Below are positions 20,290-30,092 of a stretch of 64,000 bases of DNA, piece by piece. The position numbers and the translations under genes are program-made. Each line of letters begins with the position of its first letter. Positions within the stretch are counted from its first letter, which is position 1. The notes below the pieces were generated by a model. That model made no database searches, was not told the origin of the DNA, and worked only from the letters and a program-made list of their open reading frames with translations. This DNA comes from Phycisphaerae bacterium (GTDB lineage: Bacteria > Planctomycetota > Phycisphaerae > UBA1845 > Fen-1342), in contig JASFQK010000008.1 in the NCBI GenBank assembly GCA_050115495.1, forward strand, positions 32,001 through 96,000. Direction: 5' to 3'.

Positions 20290-20807
20290 ATCGTGCAGCC
20301 CGCCGATCAAGTGCTCAGTGCCCTCAGTGCGCGGGAGTTGCGCTCGCCGCCGCAGATCGTGGCTGGTGTTCTCGGTTGATCCTGATTGTGACAGATGATC
20401 TGCGTTCATCTTTGCACGGTAATCCTTTCTTGATCTTCGGTCAACAGCGTTTTTGGGCAAGCTAGGCTGTATTATTCCATTTCATTCGTCCGATATTCGC
20501 GGTATGAACTCAGAATATTCTGGTTACGAATTGAGCGCATATGATTGATTCTGCGTGATGATCGTAGTACAATACACGCTACGCGGTGCTAGGTTTCGGA
20601 TCGCGATACTCGAAGTGACTGGGGCGATCGAGTCGTAGACCCGCTGGGACCGGTTTCGGCGATGTGGCAGGCGACTGGCACACCCGTGCGTGCTCGGTCG
20701 CTCAGGGGACCCGCCGCTGACGGCGGGTGACGGAGGCGAAGGAGCGTCATGGGTGGCACGCGCGTGTCGCCAGCTTGTTCAGGGCACTTCAAGTGAGGAT
20801 TAGGAAG

Positions 20808-21626
20808 ATGAGAGAAGCGAATGGATGGCTGTTGGCGGCATTGGCGTGGGCGATGATGGTCGCGCCGGCTACAGCGGGGCGGCTGGTCACGATCAACAAC
20901 CGGGGTGAGGTCTGTGAAGTCGACGCGGCCACCGGTCGCACGCTCGCGATCAGTACCCTTGATGTCGGCGCCATCGTTTCCAACGCACTGGCTTACGATC
21001 CCACGAGCGACACGGTCTATCTTAACGATACGAGCAACAACGTCATCCGCACGTTGAATCCGGACACGGGCAAAACCACCGTCGTCGGCACTCCGTTCCC
21101 GGGCGCAGATTGCTATTTTGTCGATCTCGCCTACAACTCGGCGACAGGGAAGCTGTACGCCAGCCAGAATACCGATTTCGTGAGCACCCTTTATGAGGTC
21201 AACACCACGACCGGCTTGGCCTCGTTAATCGGAACGAACGAGCTGTGTCAACCGGCCATCGGTTACGAGACGACGACGAACACGATGTACGCGACGGGAA
21301 TAGCAGCGCCACGCGGCTTGTACACGATCGATTGCGAGACGGCCGCCGCGACGTTTGTCGGTGATAGCGGTGTCGCCACAAGGCGGCCGCTGGAGCTGAC
21401 GTATGATTGGGACACACGCACGATGTTCCTGCTCTCACAGCAGGGGGGCACCAACTACCTAGAGACGATCGACTTGGAGACCGGAGCTCGTACCCTCGTG
21501 GGTAGCATGGGCACGGCTTTGAACATGCGGTCCCTGGTACACATCCCGGAGCCGGCGAGCTTCGCAGCATTAGCGACGGGCGCCCTGGCAGTTCTGCACC
21601 GTCGCAGAACGCGCTCTCTGCAATAG
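20808..21626 (+). CDS. PEP-CTERM protein, beta-propeller type
   Basis: Signal peptide; LAYD/LAYN/LTYD...LY..D..TG repeats; IPEP-TM-RRR tail. Confidence 0.8.
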   Translation: MREANGWLLAALAWAMMVAPATAGRLVTINNRGEVCEVDAATGRTLAISTLDVGAIVSNALAYDPTSDTVYLNDTSNNVIRTLNPDTGKTTVVGTPFPGADCYFVDLAYNSATGKLYASQNTDFVSTLYEVNTTTGLASLIGTNELCQPAIGYETTTNTMYATGIAAPRGLYTIDCETAAATFVGDSGVATRRPLELTYDWDTRTMFLLSQQGGTNYLETIDLETGARTLVGSMGTALNMRSLVHIPEPASFAALATGALAVLHRRRTRSLQ

Positions 21627-21707
21627 GTCCTTTCGGTTGATCATTCGGCGGCGGTGTCCAGATACAAGGGTAAGCTGGACCGGCCCACATGGATAGGAGT
21701 TCTGAAC

Positions 21708-22679
21708 GTGGCAAACACAACCAGAATCTGGGCAATGGCGCTGAGCGTGGCCACTATGGCGGTGCCCGTCATGGCGGGCCGCATGATCGCCATGACTCGA
21801 TACGGTGCCGTGTTCGAGGTGGACGTGAACGACGGGACGGCGACACAGGTTGGCCAATTGGACTGGGGAGACAACCATGCCGGCTATACGCTGACTTATG
21901 ACGGCGGCCGCGACGCGCTCTATCTCACCGGGCAGGAACCCGGAGTCATCCGCACCCTATATACGATCGACCCGAAAACGTGGACGGTCGTTGACCAAGT
22001 GAACATCGGTCAAGGGGCATTCGCCATCGAGTATGACCCCAGCACCGGCACGATTTACCATGCCAACACCCTGCACAACCCCATCTTCTCGACGCTCAAT
22101 CCCGAGACTGGCGCGTTGACTTGGTGGGGTTTCAATGAGATTTCGACCGACACCGATTGCGAATCGTTCGCTTACATGCCTGATCTGGACACGTTGTTCA
22201 TGTTTACGTCGGGTGGATTGATTGCCGGCAACCAGCAGGCGTTCTATCGCGTCAATCGACAGACGGGGTTGGCCATTCGGATTTCTTGGGAATACACCTA
22301 TCGATGGATGTCTGACATGGCCTACGATCCGGAAACCAAGGGGCTCTACGCAATTAGTCTTGGAGGGAAATTCTGCCAAATCGAGCCGCGCAACGGCGAA
22401 GTGACGTTGCTTGGCGAGTTTGGCCTCCCCCCGAGCGGCGAGTATTGGGGCGGATTGGTCCACCTTCCCGACGATGCGGGCGTCCGGGCGTGCAAGCGTG
22501 ACACGGCGCGTTCCAAGACTTCAGAAGACACGGCGACCAAGGCTGAGTCCTTGAATTCCAGAGTTAGCCGGAAAACAAGCGCGAGCAGCGAGGCGGAGGG
22601 CCGGGCGCCCGATTCTTCCGCCAACCCACACCTGTCCCTCGAAGCGGCTTCCGCCCGGGAATCCAGAGGCAAAGAGTGA
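21708..22679 (+). CDS. Secreted beta-propeller protein, paralog of the upstream gene lacking an intact PEP-CTERM
   Basis: AGRM...V.EVDV..G.A start; LTYD/IEYDP/MAYDP repeats; AGGAG RBS. Confidence 0.72.
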   Translation: MANTTRIWAMALSVATMAVPVMAGRMIAMTRYGAVFEVDVNDGTATQVGQLDWGDNHAGYTLTYDGGRDALYLTGQEPGVIRTLYTIDPKTWTVVDQVNIGQGAFAIEYDPSTGTIYHANTLHNPIFSTLNPETGALTWWGFNEISTDTDCESFAYMPDLDTLFMFTSGGLIAGNQQAFYRVNRQTGLAIRISWEYTYRWMSDMAYDPETKGLYAISLGGKFCQIEPRNGEVTLLGEFGLPPSGEYWGGLVHLPDDAGVRACKRDTARSKTSEDTATKAESLNSRVSRKTSASSEAEGRAPDSSANPHLSLEAASARESRGKE

Positions 22680-22741
22680 GTCGATAATGGCAGAGCTGGC
22701 GTCACACTGCGGGCGCCGGCTTAACGAGATAAAGGTGATTT

Positions 22742-25540
22742 GTGAAAAGAACCCAGGGAACTTCGCTCTTGCGGGCCGTCGTACTATACGGGGCTCTGGC
22801 AGTATCCGCGGGCTTGGCCGGCGGAATTGATCCGCGGTTGGAGGATGAGCTGTACAATGCTGCGCCTGGCGAGCCGGTTACCGCCTTGTTTGTTCTGAAC
22901 GATCAGGTCGACGTCAGACAATTGAGCAACACTCTGCGCGCGGCGAAGGCCACGCGCGACCAGCGGCACCAAGCCGTCGTGCTGGCGCTTCAGGGCGCCG
23001 CCAAGGGGCAGGATCAGTTCATTGCCGACGTGGACGGGCGCTCGGCCGCGAAACCGGTGATCCGGTCGCGGCCGTTCTGGATTCTGAACTCCGTCGTGGT
23101 CGAAGCGACGCCGGATGTGATCCGCGAACTGGCGCTGCGGCCTGATGTCGCCATGGTGTACTCCAACCACATGTTCTCGCTGCCGACCCCGGAGAAATCG
23201 GACGGAACGGCACGGACTTCGCGCGACATCACACCGGGCCTGCAGGCGGTCAATGCCCCGATGGCCTGGGCGGAGAACATCGACGGCGACGGCGTGCTCG
23301 TCGCGACGATTGACACAGGCGTGGATGGCGATCACCCCGCGCTGGCCAATCGTTGGGCGGGTTTGCTGCCCCAGTATGCCGGTCACCCCGATTGGGCCTG
23401 GATGTGGCGTTCCGGCAGCGCTAACGACGACTTCCCGGTGGACGGTGACTATCACGGCACACACACGATGGGAACGATTTGCGGCGGGGCGCCGGGCGAG
23501 CAGATCGGCGTCGCTCCGGGCGCGACCTGGATCGCCGCGGGAATCCCGGATTTGGAGACGGAGTATATCCTGGAAGCCTTTCAGTGGTTGATGGATCCGG
23601 ACGGCGATCCCAGCACAAGTTGGGATGTTCCCCGAGTGTGCTCTAATTCCTGGAGCGGATCCTACCTCTATGGCTGCAGGGATGTCTTCAATACGTCGAT
23701 CAATGCGTGCGAGGCGGCCGGTGTTCTCGTCGTATTTTCCGCCGGCAACGACGGTGACCACGGGACGGAGACGATCGGCAGTCCCGCCAATAATGCGATG
23801 GACGACTATAGTACCCTCGCCATCGGCGCCGTGGATGCCACAGACTACAGTTATCCGTGGCCGCGAGCTGGCTCCTCCTCGATGGGGCCCAGTTATTGCA
23901 CGCCCGATGGCAGTGCCGCGATCAAGCCCGATCTGGCCGCGCCCGGTGTGAAGGTGTGGTCCGCCGCCCCGGGCGGCGACTACCAGTTTCTCAGCGGCAC
24001 GTCGATGGCCACGCCGCACGTGGCCGGCGCCTTTGCGCTGATGTTCCAGGCCAATCCGGAACTAGGTATTGAAGACGCCAAACAGATCTTGTACGACACG
24101 GCCCGCGATCTGGGGACGACGGGCAAGGACAACGAGTATGGTTGGGGCATGATCGACGCCTACGCCGCGGTGAACCTGGCCATGGAGCTGCTGGATCCCG
24201 CGGCGCCGTACGTACGGAACAAGACCTGGTTTGTGACCGCCAACGAAGTGGGCACGCTTGACCTTCCCGTTCGGGATTACGACCACCGCCCTGATGACCT
24301 GACGGTCGAGATTCTCAGCTTGCCGACGGACGGCGTGCTGCGTGACGTCGGGAACGGCTCCGCGATTACGTCGTCCGATCTGCCCTACACACTGGTCAAT
24401 CATGGTGTGTCGGTGGAGTACGAACCCGAAACCGGATACCACGGGACAACGGAGTTCACGTTCTGGGCGACGGACGGCGGCACGCCCCCCGAAGGCGGAT
24501 ATTCAGAGGTTGCGACGATCACCGTCCTGGTGCGTTTCCTGTCGCCAAGGATCACTCAAGACATCGTATTGCCCGACGCCCGAGCCGGCGTACCGTATAC
24601 GCCGCTTCAGATCGCCTCGCAGTACGGCGAGCCGCCGCTCGCCTGGAAGGTGAACATGGCGGGTAATGGTTGGGCGCTGCGGGAGGAAAACCTGGGAGAG
24701 TGTCTCTACCGGCCGGTGGGCCAGCCCATGGGATGGCAGGGCGACGAACAGACCTGGGTCTACTACTTCCCATCCGACTTCGTGTTCCCGTTCGCGGGGA
24801 CCACGTTCGTCGGCGTCGTCGTGGCCGCCAACGGGTACCTGGATTTCGCTAACACGGTTAGCGATCCGTACAACGACATCGATACGCTGTTGGAATCGGA
24901 AACCCGCATCGCCCCGCTTTGGGCGGATCTCCGTACCGATCTCGGCGGCGACATCTTCATCGATGAGTCCGTGGCCGGCCAGATCACCATCCGCTGGGTC
25001 GGCGAACGCTGGCATTACGGCGAGCCGGTGGAGTTTTCCTGCACGCTGTTCAGCGACGGCCACATGCGGTTCGACTACGGCCCCGGTAACACTGGCTTCA
25101 GTCCAACGGTCGGTTACTACCGACATCGCAGTACCTATAATGAACTCACCACGCTCACCTATGCGAACTCGCTGGACTACAGGCCGCTGCTGTCGATCCC
25201 ACGCGGTATGTCGATTTCGCCCGACGGCGTCCTCGGCGGCACGCCCGATCCGCGCGACGCCGGTCCGTGGCCGATTCCGGTCAAGGTAACCGACGCCTGC
25301 GGGCGCTACGACGAGAAGCGGTTCCTCCTGTGGGTGGAGCCCGCGGGAAGCGTGCAGCCCGGCGATGCCAATTGCGACGGCGCCGTCGACAACTTCGACA
25401 TCTCCGCGTTCATCCTCGCGGTGACGAATCCCGAGGGATACGCAGGGCAGTACGACTGCTTGGTCAATTGCGATATCAACGGCGACGGTGACGTCAATAA
25501 CTTCGACATCTCGCCGTTCATCACGCTGCTGACGAAGTAA
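22742..25540 (+). CDS. Secreted S8 subtilisin-like serine peptidase with Ig-like domains and C-terminal dockerin-type domain
   Basis: Triad IDTGVD, HGTHTMGT, SGTSMATPHVAG; oxyanion SAGNDG; GDANCDG.VDNFDI and DINGDGDVNNFDI repeats. Confidence 0.92.
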   Translation: MKRTQGTSLLRAVVLYGALAVSAGLAGGIDPRLEDELYNAAPGEPVTALFVLNDQVDVRQLSNTLRAAKATRDQRHQAVVLALQGAAKGQDQFIADVDGRSAAKPVIRSRPFWILNSVVVEATPDVIRELALRPDVAMVYSNHMFSLPTPEKSDGTARTSRDITPGLQAVNAPMAWAENIDGDGVLVATIDTGVDGDHPALANRWAGLLPQYAGHPDWAWMWRSGSANDDFPVDGDYHGTHTMGTICGGAPGEQIGVAPGATWIAAGIPDLETEYILEAFQWLMDPDGDPSTSWDVPRVCSNSWSGSYLYGCRDVFNTSINACEAAGVLVVFSAGNDGDHGTETIGSPANNAMDDYSTLAIGAVDATDYSYPWPRAGSSSMGPSYCTPDGSAAIKPDLAAPGVKVWSAAPGGDYQFLSGTSMATPHVAGAFALMFQANPELGIEDAKQILYDTARDLGTTGKDNEYGWGMIDAYAAVNLAMELLDPAAPYVRNKTWFVTANEVGTLDLPVRDYDHRPDDLTVEILSLPTDGVLRDVGNGSAITSSDLPYTLVNHGVSVEYEPETGYHGTTEFTFWATDGGTPPEGGYSEVATITVLVRFLSPRITQDIVLPDARAGVPYTPLQIASQYGEPPLAWKVNMAGNGWALREENLGECLYRPVGQPMGWQGDEQTWVYYFPSDFVFPFAGTTFVGVVVAANGYLDFANTVSDPYNDIDTLLESETRIAPLWADLRTDLGGDIFIDESVAGQITIRWVGERWHYGEPVEFSCTLFSDGHMRFDYGPGNTGFSPTVGYYRHRSTYNELTTLTYANSLDYRPLLSIPRGMSISPDGVLGGTPDPRDAGPWPIPVKVTDACGRYDEKRFLLWVEPAGSVQPGDANCDGAVDNFDISAFILAVTNPEGYAGQYDCLVNCDINGDGDVNNFDISPFITLLTK

Positions 25541-26070
25541 GCCATCCCAGGTGCGCCGCGGGGTGCCGGACGCGGACCCCGCGACGTGCAGCGTGTTTCT
25601 CGCGCCGCCGGGGGCAGTGGCCACATCACCGCTACGGGTCATGCCTCCTCCGGGCCCGTCGGCGGAACGATCGGGCCCTGCCCCCGCGGCGGCGCAGTTC
25701 TCATCCGCGGCTCCGAACCGTGGGGGGCGGAGCCGCCTTCGTGCCCTTCTCTTCGTAAACGACACCTCCGTGTCGAACCCTCCGCGCCGGCGCCTCCAGC
25801 TTCATCCCCCGCCGGCGCACTCCTATTCTCCTCACAGTGGCGGACCCGGCCTTACCGCGACTCACGCGCCGCGCGCGGCATGTCTCCTGCTCCACTCTCT
25901 CCTGCTCGCCTTTCTCGCGCAGCGCGTGTGGCAAGCTGGGGTCAGCAGTGTTGCATGCTGAAGGGAGGAGTGTGGCATGCTGAAGCCTTAGGCGCCGGCA
26001 TGAAGGATCTCAAGGCGGCCAGACCCGCGCACCAGCCTCGGGCGTGCTACGTTCCTGGTGGCTCGCCGCA

Positions 26071-26631
26071 TCAAGGCCGGCGGGCCGCCTCGATGTCCTC
26101 GGGCCGCCGCTTGTCTGGCATGCAGGCGTAGCCACACTCGGGGCAGACTCCGCTCGTATTGCCCGTCAGGTTGTACCCGCACTCTTTGCAGGCGTACGGA
26201 TCACGCGATCGTACGAGCCACAGCCGCCCGCCGACGAGCCCGAACAGCACGAGGAACATCCACAGCGGAACGCGGATGGGGTAGCCGAAGACCCCCGCTC
26301 GCAGCAGGGCAGCCGTGATTTGCTCAATCACCGGCGGCGTGACGACTACGCCAGAGCCGTTGCCGCCGGATTGGAGCAGTGGGTTGACGCTGCTGGGCAT
26401 CCAGAAGCCCGGCACGACCCACACGTTGCCCTCCCACAGCAGAAATCGGACCCGGTTGCATGAATCAGTGTACTTCACCGAAACGCCGAACGAACCGGCG
26501 TAGACCGCCGCGAACAGGAGAAAAGCGACGGTGCAGAACCACTTCACCCGCCGCAACCAGTCCGGCGGTCGACGTCGCCTCTGTGGTTGCGCCTGCCGTT
26601 CGCTCTCTGTGCGCTCACTCAATACGGCCAC
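26071..26631 (-). CDS. Membrane protein with C-terminal zinc ribbon
   Basis: Two TM segments; CKECGYNLTGNTSGVCPECG. Confidence 0.7.
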   Translation of the reverse strand: MAVLSERTESERQAQPQRRRRPPDWLRRVKWFCTVAFLLFAAVYAGSFGVSVKYTDSCNRVRFLLWEGNVWVVPGFWMPSSVNPLLQSGGNGSGVVVTPPVIEQITAALLRAGVFGYPIRVPLWMFLVLFGLVGGRLWLVRSRDPYACKECGYNLTGNTSGVCPECGYACMPDKRRPEDIEAARRP

Positions 26632-26815
26632 TGCTTCTCCTAACCTTCGTCACTGATTGCCTCTAACGTGGCCTGACTGATGCCGTGCGCTTTCTGTAGG
26701 TCTTGAAGAAATTGCTGCTTCAGTCTCTGCACGCACGCATACTGCAGTTCCCGGCGTTCGTCGGGCGTGCACCGACTATTCGGGACAATGAGCCGATATG
26801 TCCCTCGACGGGCCG

Positions 26816-28111
26816 TCAGCACTCACCCTCGCCACAATCTTGTTCTTCCTCTGCTGGGCGTCCCGCCGATATGGCCCAAGATACTTCGATTGAACTGACT
26901 GACACCCACTCCCCGCCGCGATCGATGTACAGATCCGGTACACTAAAGGCACCCCTCCTCTTCTCTCGGTCATGCGGCCCGCGAAACCACGCATGCATTG
27001 ATATTCCCTTATGGATCTCCCCAACCAGCAAGTCATCGAGGCGCCCGCGTGCTCCGTTCTGCAAGACGGTATCGTCCAGGTGCCCTGGTTCACGTCGGAC
27101 GCCTCCGGAATCCACCAGTTCCAGTGTGATATCCAGTATGCTGATACTGAGACGTCTCGTGCCAGCCACGCCCTCCACGATGTGCTCCGTTTGCTTGCCA
27201 GTCTTGGGGTCCACGGTTGTTACTTGTAGCGTGCCGGCAATCACGTACGGCTCACGACTGTGAGGCCCCGCGATCATGATCAAGTCCTTACCCGTCTCAA
27301 GATCATGACCAGCAAAGGCCTCAAGCTCTCCCACCTGAGTAATGATCGTGCTTTGCGCGAATACTTGGCGAGCTGCATTGCTCTCTAGATCCAACAATCG
27401 CTGGACGGGAGAGCAGTGTCCGGACGCGAACGACACTGCAATCTCGACTGCCGCGCACTCCACGCTCTGGTTGCCCACTGTCGCGACGTACCGTCCGGGC
27501 GGCAATTTGAAGCGGCCGCAGCGCCGACCGCCTTCCGCCGTCTCCGGCGGAGGGCACTTCTCCAGCACGAGTCGCGCAAACACCTCAAGTGTTATATGTC
27601 CGCCTGTCTCGGTGTCCATTATCTGCGTATGGGCCGATACTTGGGCCAGGCCCACGTCTTGCGCCGCCACCAGACGCACCTCACTAATCAAGGGCCTGGG
27701 GGTATCGGCCACTGCGCGCAAGATGTCGATCGCCGTGTGGCGTGTTGGAGTGTCCTTGCGAAGCTCGTCCACGGTTAGCGTAGCAACACCTTGTGCCTGG
27801 GCGAGCTTGATGGCTGACGCCGTGAACCCACGTGAGTGAACCGCGACCACCCTGTCCAGTCCGCATTGCTCTCGCTTCCCGCAGAGGTGGTCGATCCACT
27901 CCGGTCCAGCCCTGCGCTTATGATCTCGGCACTCGAATGCGCAACGGTACTCCTCGGCGCCGGTAGCCTCCACAAGTACGTCGACCTCGGTCTCTTTCTC
28001 TGTTACGCGATTGAAGACCATCGCGGACTCTGTGACGCGCACGTTCGGGTCGCTGGACCAGCGCTGAAGCCAACCTATCAACGCTTGAAAGGCGTTTGTC
28101 CGTCGAGGCAT
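26816..28111 (-). CDS. PD-(D/E)XK restriction-endonuclease (Mrr-like) domain fused to an unknown C-terminal region
   Basis: EVDVLVE...FECRDH and VHSRGFTASAIKLA motifs; less GC-biased codons. Confidence 0.75.
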   Translation of the reverse strand: MPRRTNAFQALIGWLQRWSSDPNVRVTESAMVFNRVTEKETEVDVLVEATGAEEYRCAFECRDHKRRAGPEWIDHLCGKREQCGLDRVVAVHSRGFTASAIKLAQAQGVATLTVDELRKDTPTRHTAIDILRAVADTPRPLISEVRLVAAQDVGLAQVSAHTQIMDTETGGHITLEVFARLVLEKCPPPETAEGGRRCGRFKLPPGRYVATVGNQSVECAAVEIAVSFASGHCSPVQRLLDLESNAARQVFAQSTIITQVGELEAFAGHDLETGKDLIMIAGPHSREPYVIAGTLQVTTVDPKTGKQTEHIVEGVAGTRRLSISILDITLELVDSGGVRREPGHLDDTVLQNGARGRLDDLLVGEIHKGISMHAWFRGPHDREKRRGAFSVPDLYIDRGGEWVSVSSIEVSWAISAGRPAEEEQDCGEGEC

Positions 28112-28450
28112 AATGCTGACATCCTAAACCGCACCAGGGCCTGCGGGCAAACGCGGGTGGGTGCCCTCCTGTCTGCCGGCGCAGAATCCGCCAGAATCCA
28201 ACAGGCTCCGCCAGCTTGCGACAATCTCACAGTCTTGCTTTGCCCCGCCCCCATCGCGCGTCTATGTTCCTTGTGCGCATGTGCACCGCCAAGAATCTCA
28301 TTTACGTCGCGCGCAGAGAGGAGACGCTTGAGACCCTTGCCCCCGCGAACACGCCGTCGTCGGCGTCTGTGCCTCGTTGTCTTCTCCCGGCTTTCGACGT
28401 CGGCCACGGGGGGCCGACGCTACGAAGACGTGCGGTACGGAGCCCGGACG

Positions 28451-29836
28451 CTACACGTCTGCCGACGGCGCGGTCATGCGCTGCGGATCGAGCGCCTCGT
28501 TGAGACGCGCTTCATCCAGCACGTTGCGCTCGCGGGCGATTTCGCGGACGGTGCGGCCGGTGCGGTAGGCTTCCTTGGCGATCGCCGCCGCCGCGTCGTA
28601 GCCGATCAGTGGAGCCAGACTGGTGCACATGGCCAGCGATTGTTCGATCGTCGCCGCGCAGCGCTGCCGATCGGCCTGCAAGCCGGCGATGCATTTGTCC
28701 ACGAACACGCGGCAGACGTTGCTGAGCAGCCGCATCGCCTCGAGCACGTTGTGGGCCATCACGGGCATGCCCACGTGCAGGTCGAAATTGCCCAGCACCG
28801 CGCCGGCGTGGGCGACCGCCGCCTCGGCCCCGATGACCTGGGCGCAGACCTGGAGCACGGCCTCGCAGATGACCGGGTTCACCTTGCCGGGCATGATGGA
28901 GCTGCCGGGCTGCGTCGCCGGCAGGAGCAGTTCGCCGAAGCCGCAGCGTGGCCCGCTGCCGAGCCAGCGGATGTCGTTGGCGATCTTGGTGAGGCTGAGG
29001 GCGATGGTCTTGAGTGTGCCGGCCAGGCCGATCAGGCCGTCGCGGGCGGCCTGGGCCTCGAAGTGGTTCGGCGTCTCGCGGAAGGCTTCGCCGGTCAGCG
29101 TGCTGAGCAGCGTGCAGACGCGGGCGGCGAACTCGGGGTGTGTGTTCAGGCCGGTGCCGACGGCTGTCCCGCCGATGGGCAGGTCGCGCAGCATGGCCAG
29201 CGGGCACTGCAGGCGGTGGATGGCGTGCGTGATCTGTGTGGCGTAGCCGCTGAACTCCTGGCCGAGGCGGATCGGTGTGGCGTCCATGAGGTGTGTCCGC
29301 CCGATCTTGATGACGTCGGCGAACTCCTCCGCCTTCGCCGCCAGCGCCTGTTGCAGCGTCTCCAGTGCCGGCAGCAGGTCCCCGCGCAACGCCTCAACGC
29401 CGGCGACGTGAATCGCCGTGGGGATGACATCGTTCGAGGATTGTCCCATGTTGACATGGTCGTTGGGGTGAACAGTCTCGCTGGTGAGCTGACGGCAGCG
29501 GTGGGCGATCACCTCGTTGGCGTTCATGTTCGTACTGGTGCCCGAGCCCGTCTGGAACACGTCGAGGACGAAGTGCTCGTCGAGTTGGCCGTCGACGATC
29601 TCCTGCGCCGCCTGACGGATGGCGGCGGCCCGGGCGCTGTCGAGCCGGCCGAGATCCTCGTTGGCCGTCGCCGCCGCGTGCTTGATCAGGCCGAGGGCCC
29701 GGATGAACCGGCGGCCGAAGCGGTAGCCGCTGACGGGGAAGTTGAGCACAGCCCGTTGTGTCGAGGCCCCGTAGAACGCCTCGGCCGGCACTTCCATTTC
29801 GCCCATCGAGTCTCGTTCGATGCGTGTCGCTGACAT
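28451..29836 (-). CDS. fumC: Fumarate hydratase class II
   Basis: RIERDSMGE, FQTGSGTSTNMNANE, HPNDHVN, IGRTHLMDA, GSSIMPGKVNP. Confidence 0.93.
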   Translation of the reverse strand: MSATRIERDSMGEMEVPAEAFYGASTQRAVLNFPVSGYRFGRRFIRALGLIKHAAATANEDLGRLDSARAAAIRQAAQEIVDGQLDEHFVLDVFQTGSGTSTNMNANEVIAHRCRQLTSETVHPNDHVNMGQSSNDVIPTAIHVAGVEALRGDLLPALETLQQALAAKAEEFADVIKIGRTHLMDATPIRLGQEFSGYATQITHAIHRLQCPLAMLRDLPIGGTAVGTGLNTHPEFAARVCTLLSTLTGEAFRETPNHFEAQAARDGLIGLAGTLKTIALSLTKIANDIRWLGSGPRCGFGELLLPATQPGSSIMPGKVNPVICEAVLQVCAQVIGAEAAVAHAGAVLGNFDLHVGMPVMAHNVLEAMRLLSNVCRVFVDKCIAGLQADRQRCAATIEQSLAMCTSLAPLIGYDAAAAIAKEAYRTGRTVREIARERNVLDEARLNEALDPQRMTAPSADV

Positions 29837-30092
29837 GGTCTGCCCTTCTGTGCCTCGGATGTGTCACAGGCCCGGCCCGATCCGCGCCATTCCACCAGTA
29901 GGAGTGTAGTCGGCGAGTTGGCGGGGGCAAAACCAGGGTCGCGATCCGCCGGCGGCGGGGCAGTTTGCCGTTGAGGGACAGTCGGGCAATGGCCTATACT
30001 GGGTTTCGAGGAGGACTCCGTGGCGCCACGCGGCGATTCGCGCCACCGTCCGCAACTTACGCGCATTTCAGGACTTGCAGAGGAGGAGATCC

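Noticed and set aside
26630..26670. Integron attC sites around cassette-like genes
   Set aside because: YYTAAC words are present, but no matching GTTRRRY partner with a palindromic arm was found, and there is no integron integrase in the window.
27836..29833. 665-aa plus-strand ORF and similar long antisense ORFs (e.g. 1969-3552, 35151-36725, 42774-44426, 57002-58459)
   Set aside because: Shadow or alternative-frame ORFs of well-supported genes, expected in high-GC DNA; low-complexity translations.
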